64,000 nt of DNA from a virus (lineage: Duplodnaviria > Heunggongvirae > Uroviricota > Caudoviricetes), in IMG/VR virus record IMGVR_UViG_3300048599_000194, positions 111,177 through 175,176 of that record. One strand, given 5' to 3'. The notes under the pieces were generated by a model. The model was given only the letters and a program-made list of their open reading frames with translations, did no database searches and was not told where the DNA came from. Numbering within the stretch: position 1 is the first letter of the stretch; each line of letters opens with the position of its first letter. Position numbers and translations under genes: made by a program. This document shows positions 49,463-58,826 of this stretch, one piece after another.

Positions 49463-49659
49463 AGAGCAACCTTTCATTGAAGTGATGAGATAAATGTATA
49501 GCCTAGCGGTTCAAATGTCAATAGGAGAAATTCAAATCATTTGATTCTCTCTAGCAAATAAAATAGAAACTGTAAAGACTAAAAAAGAAACTCAAACTTT
49601 CTATTGTTTGAGTTTCTTTCGGGGAAAAGTGAGGGAGAAACTCCCTCACTCATTTACAA

Positions 49660-50250
49660 TCAAAGCCCATTCAGTAATTCCAGAACGTCGGCGTATTCGG
49701 TGCGATTCTTGCACCATTCACGCGCATTCGTCACAAAGGTTTCTTTCCGCGAACTCGAATAGACCCGCAGAATGTCACTCAGCGACCAGCAATTGTATTC
49801 GGTGGAATTCCCACCGAATCCGAAGAGAACCCGAAAGGCGTTCGCCTTGGAGGTATAGGTGGCTCCCATGATCTTCTGGAGAACTCGAAAAACAATTTCC
49901 TCACCCTCGTTACGAATACGAACCGTTTGACTCTTACGCCCCCAAAAATAGGTCAAGGTTTCTTCGTGGTCGAAATACACTCCGCGACGAATGCAGTCCA
50001 TTTCCCGATGAAGCTCAGGAAGTTCATTTTCGTACTTCGCGGCGGTTTTGATTCGCTCCTTGAATTCGGTGGAATTGTCAAAAACAAAATTCACGAAATG
50101 GGCGTTGACAATGTCCTCATTGCCATTGAGAACCGCACTGACAGCCGCCTTCGTGGCATTGAATCGCACCATGTCTTCATTGACTTTTGAAATAAAAGCA
50201 GTTTTTTCTTCGATGAGCGAGGAAAGGGAATTCAGCTTCTCGGTGTTCAT
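49660..50250 (-). CDS. hypothetical early protein
   Basis: Start reassigned to MNTEKLN (SD AAGGA, promoter at about 50296-50324). Confidence 0.7.
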   Translation of the reverse strand: MNTEKLNSLSSLIEEKTAFISKVNEDMVRFNATKAAVSAVLNGNEDIVNAHFVNFVFDNSTEFKERIKTAAKYENELPELHREMDCIRRGVYFDHEETLTYFWGRKSQTVRIRNEGEEIVFRVLQKIMGATYTSKANAFRVLFGFGGNSTEYNCWSLSDILRVYSSSRKETFVTNAREWCKNRTEYADVLELLNGL

Positions 50251-50466
50251 AGTAGTAGATCCTTGTGATTGTTGAAGTGTCCTATCGACTCTTACAATGT
50301 ACTGCCATCTGGCTATGAAGTCAACAGTCGAGGTGCGAAGCCTTACAAGTAGAATTTCCTCTAGCAAATGAAATTGAATCTTGCAAGGGTAGAAAAAGAA
50401 AGGGCCTGGAACTATCATTCCAGACCCTTGCGAACTCACTCCCATTTGAGGGAGTGAATCACTCAC

Positions 50467-51042
50467 TCAAGCGAACGCTCGGAGTTTCGGGATATGCTTT
50501 TTGAAAATCTTGTCAACCCCTTGCTTTGAAATTCCGATGGATTCCCCGATTTCTTCGAGGGTGAAACCGTCAAGTCTTTTCTGAATGATAATGAAATCGC
50601 GTTCGCTCACTTGCCCGCTCAAGTGTTCCATGAAATCGCGGAAAGCGAAGGAAGAAAGATTTTCGTCGGAATCGGGAATCAAGATTTCCTCAAGTTCCCC
50701 ATCTTCGCCACGGTGGCAGGAATCGCAGGCGTCTTCCGTTTTCTGCGCGACCGTGAGATATTGGGCGACGTATGCTTTCGACGCATACTTTCCGGCAAGG
50801 GTGAAGATTCCGCCGACTCCCTTTAGACGCTCATCGGCCCGGACAACGGCGTCCCAAAGCCCCATTGCAAGCCACGTCCTGCACTCGCTGGAATCGGCGC
50901 GGGTGCGGCGGGACATCTTGAACGCTTCGGCCTCGGTCCACGCTTTGGCAAGCCCGACAAAGCGCGAGAAAAGCGCCTCATTGGTTTTCATGGCAAAGAT
51001 TTCCTCGACGGTGGCGTAGACTCGGTTTCCGCTCTTGTGCAT
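50467..51042 (-). CDS. sigma-70 region-4 HTH protein (ECF-like sigma factor)
   Basis: MGLWDAV (region-2-like); SERDFIIIQKRLDGFTLEEIGESIGISKQGVDK (region 4). Confidence 0.7.
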   Translation of the reverse strand: MHKSGNRVYATVEEIFAMKTNEALFSRFVGLAKAWTEAEAFKMSRRTRADSSECRTWLAMGLWDAVVRADERLKGVGGIFTLAGKYASKAYVAQYLTVAQKTEDACDSCHRGEDGELEEILIPDSDENLSSFAFRDFMEHLSGQVSERDFIIIQKRLDGFTLEEIGESIGISKQGVDKIFKKHIPKLRAFA

Positions 51043-51259
51043 AGTGTAGCTCCGTGGTGAAGTGGTGTGATTCGTATATGAACAAGTTAATGCCGGACGT
51101 AGGGAAAGTCAATAGGAAGAGTCAACCAAATTTCCGTGTATATATGATCTCCTCTAGCAAATGGATTGTCTTTAGTCAAGGGTAGAAAATGAAAGAGCCT
51201 GGAGATAGCTTTCCAGGCTCGCAGTCACTCCGAGGTGAGATAGAAACTCACTCACTCAC

Positions 51260-51496
51260 TCAGTAATCTCGATCCTCCATTGCACTCAGCCGATCTTCCA
51301 CGGCGGCATCTTCTGCATCTTCTGCTTCCAGTTCATAGCAGATGCATTCGTAATTGGGATTTTCTTCTCGCTCATCTGGAGTCATTCCGTGACATGGGCA
51401 TCGAGGGTGGTGGGATTCCGGCTCATCCTGGCCCTTCATGTACTCATCTATCGCACGGGCGCGAATGGAATCTTCACCGGGAAATCCAAATGACAT
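51260..51496 (-). CDS. small Cys-containing acidic protein
   Basis: CPCH..CIC; SD GAAAGG; own promoter. Confidence 0.6.
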   Translation of the reverse strand: MSFGFPGEDSIRARAIDEYMKGQDEPESHHPRCPCHGMTPDEREENPNYECICYELEAEDAEDAAVEDRLSAMEDRDY

Positions 51497-51554
51497 CGGT
51501 TTACCTTTCTTTCAAGTACATCTGAAAGATACATTCAGATGGAAGTGAAGTCAA

Positions 51555-51776
51555 CTAGATTTCGACGCTCTGCACCAGGGGGAGTTCCGAGACAGTACGG
51601 GTGAACTTGATGGAGCGAAGGGTACCACTGGAAGAAATATCCACCTCGCAATCGTACTGATCCGGCCCCTTCATCGGGAGGTTGTATGCTTTTGCCAGTG
51701 CGGCAATCACCTCGTCTTCGGTGAAGGTGATTGTCTCGTTGACGTTGGAGTTTCTGGAAGTGTGTTTGGTAGCCAT
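51555..51776 (-). CDS. hypothetical protein
   Basis: Start MATKHTS, 6 nt below a -10-like TACATT. Confidence 0.6.
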   Translation of the reverse strand: MATKHTSRNSNVNETITFTEDEVIAALAKAYNLPMKGPDQYDCEVDISSSGTLRSIKFTRTVSELPLVQSVEI

Positions 51777-51938
51777 GTAAACAATGTAATGCAATTGGAT
51801 TGAGAAAGCAAGTACCTTGATTAGCTGGATTCTCTCTAGCAAATGAAAATTGACTCGTCAAGACTAAACAAAAAAGAGAGGCTTGGTAGCCTCTCTCACT
51901 CTGCTAGATGGGAGTGAATATCACTCCCTCCCAATTAG

Positions 51939-52499
51939 CTAGACGTGGGCCATGATGTAATCCGTTCCGGCCATGCGGAAAGCGAGGATGCTTTCGGGCT
52001 TGAAGTCGAGGGGCTTGACCTCGTTGTCCAGTCCTTGCTTGCCCTCCCCTTCGGGCTTGGGCTTGGGCAGGAATTCCGCCTTGAGACGGGCGACCAGCGC
52101 AGGGGAAAGTTCGGTGCCGTCGTCGCGGACCCAGCGCACGGAATCGTCGGGGTGCTTGACGTGGTAGACGCGCAGGTTGAAGGTGCCGTCGGCCTTGCGG
52201 ACCAACGTGCCGTTCTGCACGTCGCCGTAGGTACCCTCGGACTTGAAGTCACCCTCCATGCCCTCGCGCTCGCGCCGACCGTTCACGGCGTTTTCGTAGT
52301 CGATGCGAATCTGGACGTTCCGGGAATTGATCTTCCACACCTTGGCGCTCCCGAAGACGGAAGCGAACGCCTCCCCGGTGATGCGGCTCTTGACAGTGCC
52401 ACGGGCGGCGGTCTTCGAGTCCAGACGGATGAACTGACCCTTGCGAAGCGTGGGGTCCAGCATGAGGGTTTCCAGTGCGGCGTTCGTGAGGATGGGCAT
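51939..52499 (-). CDS. hypothetical early protein
   Basis: Start MPILTN with SD GAAAGGGG; strong GC3 bias; YENAVN motif. Confidence 0.7.
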   Translation of the reverse strand: MPILTNAALETLMLDPTLRKGQFIRLDSKTAARGTVKSRITGEAFASVFGSAKVWKINSRNVQIRIDYENAVNGRREREGMEGDFKSEGTYGDVQNGTLVRKADGTFNLRVYHVKHPDDSVRWVRDDGTELSPALVARLKAEFLPKPKPEGEGKQGLDNEVKPLDFKPESILAFRMAGTDYIMAHV

Positions 52500-52745
52500 T
52501 TTTAGCCCCTTTCGCGTTGTGATTGCCCTACTCTCTAGGGCGGTGGTCGAAAGCCTATTCCCTTCCGACACTTAAAAGATACGGGGAAATCTACCAGAAG
52601 TCAACCACAAATCTCACAAGGAAATGAAAGCGCATGGGCGTGTGTATCTCTAGCAAATGAAAATACCCTTTGCAAGGGTGAAAATAAAAGAGGACTCCCG
52701 TATCTTGAAAGTCCCCAGAACCTGAATGAGTTGTAGCGCACTCAC

Positions 52746-52961
52746 TCACTCAATCTGTTTCAAGTCCCAAGATCCACGATAGAAAACTTCTTCTCCGTCT
52801 TCAAGATGGGAAGTGTCCAGAGTTCCAGAAGTGTATCCGTGCTGGATCATCTCGAAGATGCTTTCAAGAGCCTCTTCCCGTAAAAGGCTATCGGTTGGGG
52901 CCTTGATCTCCTTGGATTCATGCCACCACTTGAACGTGATTTGATGGGTGATTTGCGACAT
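52746..52961 (-). CDS. hypothetical protein
   Basis: SD GAAAGG; GYTSG..YRGSW. Confidence 0.65.
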   Translation of the reverse strand: MSQITHQITFKWWHESKEIKAPTDSLLREEALESIFEMIQHGYTSGTLDTSHLEDGEEVFYRGSWDLKQIE

Positions 52962-52978
52962 AGTTCAGCCTTTCGAGA

Positions 52979-53239
52979 TTATTTCACCAGAATATATGTG
53001 TAAAAATCGGTGAACTCGCCACGATCACCACCCTGCCAGACAACCTTCCACGTTCCCTTATCCAGGGAATTAAGGTAATCCTGCACGCTGACCTTGGTCC
53101 CATCCAGCTTTTTTCCACGGTATCCGATTGAATCCACCTCGGCAATCTCCTCTTCCGTGAGGTAATTGAGAAGGATTTCAGTGGAGAATCTGTCGAGAGT
53201 CCCCATTCCGGTTCGGATGTTGAAATTGCGAATGTCCAT
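52979..53239 (-). CDS. hypothetical protein
   Basis: SD GAAAGG; own promoter. Confidence 0.65.
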   Translation of the reverse strand: MDIRNFNIRTGMGTLDRFSTEILLNYLTEEEIAEVDSIGYRGKKLDGTKVSVQDYLNSLDKGTWKVVWQGGDRGEFTDFYTYILVK

Positions 53240-53292
53240 AGTTCATCCTTTCGATATTAGAAAGATACGGAATCCATTTCAGTTCGTCAACC

Positions 53293-53740
53293 AAAAAAAG
53301 AAATCTCCCTCCGTACTAGCCGAAGGGAGATCACTTGTTGCAGTGTGGGAGTTCGTCTAGCGGCTTACCTCGACTTACGGGACTTCCCTGTCCGTGCGGG
53401 CGCTTCCATCACTAGCTCACTCCAAGATGGATTAGAATCTCACGGGGCATCTCGGATTCGCATTTGTCCAATCCTCCTCAATCATTATTCGGCGCGGCCA
53501 AGCGTCCGGGTGAAGGCATCTCAGGTAGGGGGTTTCCTGCTGAACTAGGGGCCGTCTCGGATCATGAGTATGCACTCCTTGATTGTCGAAGCTACCCAGC
53601 GCGAACGTCTCGCGGTTGGCGTAGAAGGGAGCCGTGGGCTAGGCGGCAGGGAGGCCCGGTCTTATCTCTTGCATCGGAGAGTATCTTTTAGGTGGAGGAT
53701 TCGTTCCTGTGCAAGGAACCACCAGCCTCCACCTAGATAC
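53293..53740 (-). ncRNA. candidate ~400-450 nt structured non-coding RNA
   Basis: No credible minus-strand ORF; many hairpins; ends in terminator ATCTCCCT..AGGGAGAT-TTCTTTTTT. Confidence 0.45.
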
Positions 53741-53864
53741 AAAAGACTGGGACTGTGAATGATGGTCTATTGGAAGGGTCTGGAATAGCCCCCGGATGCT
53801 CGGGGGGCGGGAAACCGAGGATCTCCAGCACCACGAAGGAGAGTAGAAGGGCGATGATGTCCAT
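53733..53864 (-). CDS. 43 aa hydrophobic peptide (not in ORF track)
   Basis: MDIIALLLSFVVLEILGFPPPEHPG..; SD GAAAGGAG; promoter at about 53939. Confidence 0.5.
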   Translation of the reverse strand: MDIIALLLSFVVLEILGFPPPEHPGAIPDPSNRPSFTVPVFCI

Positions 53865-54059
53865 TGTCTCTCCTTTCATTCGATGCGGCTCTTGGCCTCG
53901 GTTTGCTTGGGAGGAAGGTTTCCTCCCCTCACACTAATAAGATACGGAAAGCATCTTGGTTCGTCTACTTGTTTCTGGATTTTTCTCAGATGAAATACCA
54001 TAAACAAAAAAGACTCCCCCAATTACGGGAGAGTCTATTTCAGACGACGTTGAGTCTGT

Positions 54060-54299
54060 TTACTTGTTGTTCGTGTTCGACTGCGAAGATTTGATGAGAA
54101 TCCCGCAGACGTAGGCAAGGGCCACCGAGTTCCACCACGACAGATCGGCGGCAAGGGTGCCGGACTTCACCAGACCAGGGAAAGCCGCCACCGCATAGGG
54201 CCAGAGAAGCCAGACGATGGTGCCGCTGAGGACGGAAAGAGCGGCGAGGAGCGCAAGGGCACCGATACCGAAGGCGAGGCCGAGGATGATCTTTTGCAT
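54060..54299 (-). CDS. small membrane protein
   Basis: Two to three hydrophobic helices; SD GGAG. Confidence 0.7.
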   Translation of the reverse strand: MQKIILGLAFGIGALALLAALSVLSGTIVWLLWPYAVAAFPGLVKSGTLAADLSWWNSVALAYVCGILIKSSQSNTNNK

Positions 54300-54330
54300 T
54301 TATATTCTCCAGGGTGGAAGTGAAATGAAT

Positions 54331-54401
54331 CAACTATGAAGGGACTCGAACCCTCATTGGCCCCGCAACATGGGGCTGTCCTACCGTTAGACGACATAGC
54401 C
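54331..54401 (-). tRNA. tRNA-Asn(GTT)-like, atypical anticodon loop, no encoded CCA
   Basis: GGCTATG TC GTCTAACGGTAGGAC A GCCCC ATGTTGC GGGGC CAAT GAGGG TTCGAGT CCCTT CATAGTT G folds as a cloverleaf. Confidence 0.75.
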
Positions 54402-54636
54402 TATTCTCACCTATGGTCATGACTCCTTAGGCGGTACTTAGAAGGTGGCCACCCTCCGTTCCCCGAGACATAGATAAGATACTGAAGGAATAAAGAACTG
54501 TCAACCGGGAATGTCATGGGGGCTTAATCCATAAGCTCCCTCTAGCAAATGTAATGGAGATTTGCAAGGGTGAAAGTTCTAAAAGCATCCAGTATCTTAC
54601 CAGAGCCTAGAACTCACTGAGAGACTGGAGAGACAA

Positions 54637-54786
54637 TCACTCACTCTCAGAATCTTCCAGTTCCTTTGCAACCTCTTCTCTTTCGAGATTGCGATTGTAA
54701 TCGTTCACGTCCTTGTGAACCTGAACACCACGGGTTGAACGTGGGAGCCTCGGTTCAGGCGGCAAATTGATCCTTGGCTTTTTCAT
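54637..54786 (-). CDS. 49 aa hypothetical protein (not in ORF track)
   Basis: MKKPRINLPPEPRLPRSTRGVQVHKDVNDYNRN..; ATG 6 nt after TATCTT. Confidence 0.55.
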   Translation of the reverse strand: MKKPRINLPPEPRLPRSTRGVQVHKDVNDYNRNLEREEVAKELEDSESE

Positions 54787-54798
54787 AAGATTAAGATA

Positions 54799-55179
54799 CT
54801 ACACTTTCTCGTAAAAGTCAACCTCGACGATCTTGTGAGTGGGTTTATCGTAGTAGCCAATGAATCTGACATGAGTGTAATTGTACAGGTGCTCCATGAC
54901 ATTTTCGATCTTTCCGAGACAGAGTTGAATCTGTCGATTCTTTCCCATTGCCGGACTCTTTGTCAAGGAACCAATCGGATCAGAAGAGTATTCCAGTCGA
55001 AGGAGAACGACCACTGTCTTTTCAGCGGCCTTGCAAGCCTCGTTGAAGCTCTTGAGATACCAGAAGATCCGATCAGGCGACCAAAGGTTTACCTCGTCAC
55101 ACACCTTCTGAGGAATTGCCTCGTGTGGGTGAAAATCAAAGCTGGGTGCGTTGATGCGAATGTTCTCGATGATCTGCAT
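54799..55179 (-). CDS. hypothetical protein
   Basis: SD GAAAGGTTGA; own promoter. Confidence 0.65.
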   Translation of the reverse strand: MQIIENIRINAPSFDFHPHEAIPQKVCDEVNLWSPDRIFWYLKSFNEACKAAEKTVVVLLRLEYSSDPIGSLTKSPAMGKNRQIQLCLGKIENVMEHLYNYTHVRFIGYYDKPTHKIVEVDFYEKV

Positions 55180-55207
55180 AGTTCAACCTTTCGATAATTG
55201 AAAGATA

Positions 55208-55441
55208 CTAGGAAAGACGAGATTCGTCAACGAAATAGACAGAGCATTTATCTGTCCTCTCGAAGTCTCGGCATTTCGCTTGCTTCTTGATGCATTCGGA
55301 ACGATAATCGCAGAGACGGCAGACATTGACTCCCGAAGGATTGTCGAATTTGAGAACGGCTGAATAGCCTTCCGGGGCATCGCCCTTGTCAAGTCTCCGG
55401 CGATCCAGTTCAACAGGTGAGGGAGAATGAATCGGAATCAT
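55208..55441 (-). CDS. small Cys-rich protein
   Basis: CRLCDYRSEC..C..RTDKCSVYF; start MIPIH overlaps upstream TAA. Confidence 0.55.
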   Translation of the reverse strand: MIPIHSPSPVELDRRRLDKGDAPEGYSAVLKFDNPSGVNVCRLCDYRSECIKKQAKCRDFERTDKCSVYFVDESRLS

Positions 55442-55614
55442 TAGATAGCCCCATCTGCAAGTAAAGTGTCGATCATGTGCTGGTGGTGAATCTGTGAGGC
55501 ACTGGAGCCAATCGCATTCGGAGAGTCTTTCCAAAACTGGAGTAACTTCCGATGGCTTTTGAGAGCCTCATTCAATTCTGATTGGCTGTATCCCTTGAAG
55601 AGGGAGGAGCGCAT
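55441..55614 (-). CDS. 57 aa hypothetical protein (not in ORF track)
   Basis: MRSSLFKGYSQSELNEALKSH..; abuts neighbours on both sides. Confidence 0.5.
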   Translation of the reverse strand: MRSSLFKGYSQSELNEALKSHRKLLQFWKDSPNAIGSSASQIHHQHMIDTLLADGAI

Positions 55615-55869
55615 TTACTTACCCTCCACTCTAACGAAAAGGTACTTGTGGCGGCTGTAACTCGATTCAGCCTGGAGGAAGACAACCTTCCACGAATCGG
55701 GAGTCTCCGCATTCAAGATGCGCTCCATGTTCATCGGCTCGCGCTTGCAGGCCATGTCATTCATTCGCTCATAGGTTTCAACTGACATGAGAGAGGTGAT
55801 TTCATTTTCACCTAGAAAACGGCACAGTCCGCCGCCTGCAATTTCGATGATGTGAGTGTGGATCTGCAT
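55615..55869 (-). CDS. hypothetical protein
   Basis: SD AAAGGTTGA; own promoter. Confidence 0.6.
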   Translation of the reverse strand: MQIHTHIIEIAGGGLCRFLGENEITSLMSVETYERMNDMACKREPMNMERILNAETPDSWKVVFLQAESSYSRHKYLFVRVEGK

Positions 55870-55941
55870 AGTTCAACCTTTTGATGAAGTGGGCTATTCC
55901 CTACAAGTAAGATACTAAGATCCTGACAGGCTGTCCACCTT

Positions 55942-56232
55942 TTATTTGGAATATGCTTTGGCTCGATCTCTTCGAGCGTCGTCAACCGTATTCCAATAAG
56001 TATCCTTGCATTTACGATTCTTGCAAAAGATGTTGTGATATGTGGACTTGACGTGTTTTTTATTGCAGGTGGGACAGTGAACAATAGTTTTGACCTTAGC
56101 GGCCTTAGCTATTGCATATCTGTGAAGGAACAGTTCGATCTTGGCGGTAGACAAGGGAATGTCTTCCTCGTCTCCATCCTCCATATCATCGGACCATTCA
56201 TACAACGCAAATGCTTCGTCGCTCATATCCAT
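55942..56232 (-). CDS. zinc-finger-like protein
   Basis: CPTCNK..FC..KCKDTYWN. Confidence 0.65.
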   Translation of the reverse strand: MDMSDEAFALYEWSDDMEDGDEEDIPLSTAKIELFLHRYAIAKAAKVKTIVHCPTCNKKHVKSTYHNIFCKNRKCKDTYWNTVDDARRDRAKAYSK

Positions 56233-56300
56233 ATAAACAAGATACAGAAAATCCCCCAGTTTGTCAACTGGAGGATTTCTTTTCGCTCTTCAGATGTTAC

Positions 56301-56762
56301 TTACATCCGGGAGAGATCCTTCTTGGCATCGGCGCGAGTGACCTTGGCGAGGGAGTCGGCCTGCGCCCTCACCTTGGCCTCGTAGTCGCGCCAGAGATCG
56401 TTCTTGGCATCGCCTCGGAGTCCGTCCATGAGGAGCATGGTGCGCACCTTGATGCCCGTGGCGTTCTGGGAGAGGTAGGCTTCCTGCGCGGCCAGGGCCT
56501 CGGCCTCGGTGGGGAACTCCTCGGAGGGAATCGGCTTCCACTCGTTCGCCGAAACGGCAGTGACCTTCCAGTGGATGTTCAGGAGCCAGTGCTTCTTGCA
56601 GAACTTCCCGTTCTTCTTGGACGGCCCCGGCTCGACGGAGGTAGCCGGGAACTCCTTCAGACGCTCCAGGGCCAGGGCCTCGATGGCCTCGGCAGTGGGA
56701 CGGGTGAAGCCCTTGAAGCCCTTGGCGATGTTCTCGATGTTGCGGGTAACGGCAGTCTGCAT
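56301..56762 (-). CDS. hypothetical early protein
   Basis: SD AGGAGG; GC3-rich; own promoter. Confidence 0.7.
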   Translation of the reverse strand: MQTAVTRNIENIAKGFKGFTRPTAEAIEALALERLKEFPATSVEPGPSKKNGKFCKKHWLLNIHWKVTAVSANEWKPIPSEEFPTEAEALAAQEAYLSQNATGIKVRTMLLMDGLRGDAKNDLWRDYEAKVRAQADSLAKVTRADAKKDLSRM

Positions 56763-56893
56763 GATGTCCTCCTAGTGAGATGTGAGCGACCTGCTCATGT
56801 GATAAAGATACGGCTAAAGGTTCGGAAAGTCAACCAACTAGAAACAAAAAATCCCACTCGAAAGGTGGGATATTCTGCTAGATGCTAGAGAGT

Positions 56894-57349
56894 TCAGGGC
56901 CTTGCCAGGACCATGATCCCAACCGACTTGAGGGCAACCGCTTCCACGTCGGAGAGGTAGCGCCCCATCCCATCCACGAAATCCTTGGATTCCTTGAGGC
57001 CCGTCCCGAGCACTTCTCGGATCTTCTTGATGCACTCGATCTTGTTCAGGTCGTGAGCGCCCGTGTTGTAGTTGTACCTTCCGTCATTCCTGGTTCCCGT
57101 CATATCGAAGAAATACACCCGACGCTCCCCGAAGGTGTCCAGCGAATTGCCGATGGTATCCTTGAGGAGTTCGTAAATTTCCACCTTGGGGTAAAGGTGA
57201 TCCTTCCTGATCGCCTCCATGATCTTGATGAGATCGGAGAGATCCCCCTTGATGCAGAGGGAACCTTTCAGCGCGGAATCACTGGAAGTCGAGATGGGGC
57301 CTTCCGACACATTGGCGACCTTGGAGTTCAGAATCATATCGACGTTCAT
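56894..57349 (-). CDS. protein with C-terminal ribosomal protein bL12-CTD-like domain
   Basis: NKIECIKKIREVLGTGLKESKDFVDG matches the L7/L12 CTD consensus KIxVIKxVRxxTGLGLKEAKDLVE. Confidence 0.7.
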   Translation of the reverse strand: MNVDMILNSKVANVSEGPISTSSDSALKGSLCIKGDLSDLIKIMEAIRKDHLYPKVEIYELLKDTIGNSLDTFGERRVYFFDMTGTRNDGRYNYNTGAHDLNKIECIKKIREVLGTGLKESKDFVDGMGRYLSDVEAVALKSVGIMVLARP

Positions 57350-57462
57350 CGTTCAACCTTTCGTTGGAGGTGTGAATAAGATACTGAGAGAATATCTGAA
57401 TGTCAACCAAATAAAAACAAAAAATCCCACCTTTTGAGTGGGATATTCTGCGAGATGGGATA

Positions 57463-57669
57463 CTAGTCTTTCACGCCATACTTGTTCATCACACGGAGCA
57501 CGATGGAAACATGACAGCCCATTAGAGCAATGACAATGCAAACGCGACAGACCCAATAATATGGGTGAAAAATGTCCTGAGGGAGAATTGTTCGGCTGAT
57601 GAGGATGAAAACCAACCCCATCAAAGTTCCGAGTACGGTGCCGAACGCCTGATACTGATTCCGAGTCAT
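57463..57669 (-). CDS. small two-TM membrane protein
   Basis: Hydrophobic helices; SD GAAAGG. Confidence 0.6.
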   Translation of the reverse strand: MTRNQYQAFGTVLGTLMGLVFILISRTILPQDIFHPYYWVCRVCIVIALMGCHVSIVLRVMNKYGVKD

Positions 57670-57848
57670 AGTGACATCCTTTCGATATAGATAAGATACG
57701 GCGACTCCGAGTAAACGTCAACCAGCGAATCCAAGATAAAGATTCCCTCTAGCAAATAGAAATAGAAACTGCAAGGGTGAAAATGAAAAGGGACTTCCGT
57801 ATCTTGAAAGTCCCAAAAGTCTCTCTGAGTCTGGAGTGAATCACTCAC

Positions 57849-58115
57849 TCACTTGATGCGGCGATCCTCGACTTCTTGATCGACCGTCGGCGCTTCTTGG
57901 ATGATGTCCTCGACTTCGGGCTGGACCATCTCGAAGGGGAGATATGGAAGAGTCCCGTCGCCCTTGACCACGAAATCATCGGGATCGAGATTCGTTCCTT
58001 CTTCATCTTCCCAGTCCACCTGATCCCCTGCGATGAACTCCTGAGAGACGAACTTCTCGGTTTCTGTGTCGTAGTCTTGGATCACGAACCCGACTGTGAT
58101 TTTCTTCACGATCAT
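57849..58115 (-). CDS. acidic hypothetical protein
   Basis: KITVGFVIQ..SQEFIAGDQV..YLPFEMVQP. Confidence 0.65.
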   Translation of the reverse strand: MIVKKITVGFVIQDYDTETEKFVSQEFIAGDQVDWEDEEGTNLDPDDFVVKGDGTLPYLPFEMVQPEVEDIIQEAPTVDQEVEDRRIK

Positions 58116-58196
58116 AGTACCATCCTTTTGTTGAAGGTATTAAGAAGATACAGAAAATCCCAGGAAATTTCAACCTGGGATTTCATCTTTCTTGAA

Positions 58197-58739
58197 TTAG
58201 GCCAATTCCAAAGGAACTTTCTTAGCCGACTGAATCATGGAAGATTTCATGCGATAGGTATTCCCTACCTCAGTCCGAACAACCCAGCTACCGCCGCCGT
58301 AGTAACGATCCACCGTGAAGATATGCCCGTGAGTCTCGAACCTGAGGCCCTTCACTACCTTGATCGTATTCAGATGATGAGCCTTAGCCTTTTCAAGCCA
58401 TTCTTCCCCGGTGGCGCACTGGGGTTGTATCTGATCCAGCCAAGACTTCGGGCACGAGTAGGCATAGGGATGACAGTCGATGTCGATTTCCTTGTAGTAG
58501 GTCATTCCCGCCGCACTGGACATCTTGATGAACGTCGCAGTGACGTGCTTGGGAATCTTCGCTCCGAGATAGTCGGTGTATTCCACCTCCCGGAGAATCC
58601 AGAATCCACCAGCACCCTTGGCACTGGCCAGGATATGAGAATATCCTGTATTCCCGTTGACGGTGTGATTGTACTCGAAGTCGCGCAGAAGCATCTGTCG
58701 AGTGTCTTCTGCGCTCTGATAGATTCCAGTGGTTCCCAT
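58197..58739 (-). CDS. hypothetical protein (DUF6927-like)
   Basis: YKEIDIDCHPYAYSCPKSWLD..W motif; SD GAAAGG. Confidence 0.6.
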   Translation of the reverse strand: MGTTGIYQSAEDTRQMLLRDFEYNHTVNGNTGYSHILASAKGAGGFWILREVEYTDYLGAKIPKHVTATFIKMSSAAGMTYYKEIDIDCHPYAYSCPKSWLDQIQPQCATGEEWLEKAKAHHLNTIKVVKGLRFETHGHIFTVDRYYGGGSWVVRTEVGNTYRMKSSMIQSAKKVPLELA

Positions 58740-58826
58740 ATACTCATCCTTTCGTTGATAGTAATAAGATACGGAAAAGGAACCCGATTGTAAACCGGAT
58801 TCCTTTCAGACTCTATCCGAGATGGA

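Noticed and set aside
47308-50466. Long N-terminal extensions in the ORF track (48498, 50466; also 16769, 43111, 36475, 52571)
   Set aside because: Most extensions run through promoters, terminators or the repeated motif; downstream ATGs have proper SD or promoter geometry
53293-53740. RNase P RNA, tmRNA or group I intron
   Set aside because: Could not find RNase P P4 signatures, tRNA-Ala-like termini, or an interrupted host gene
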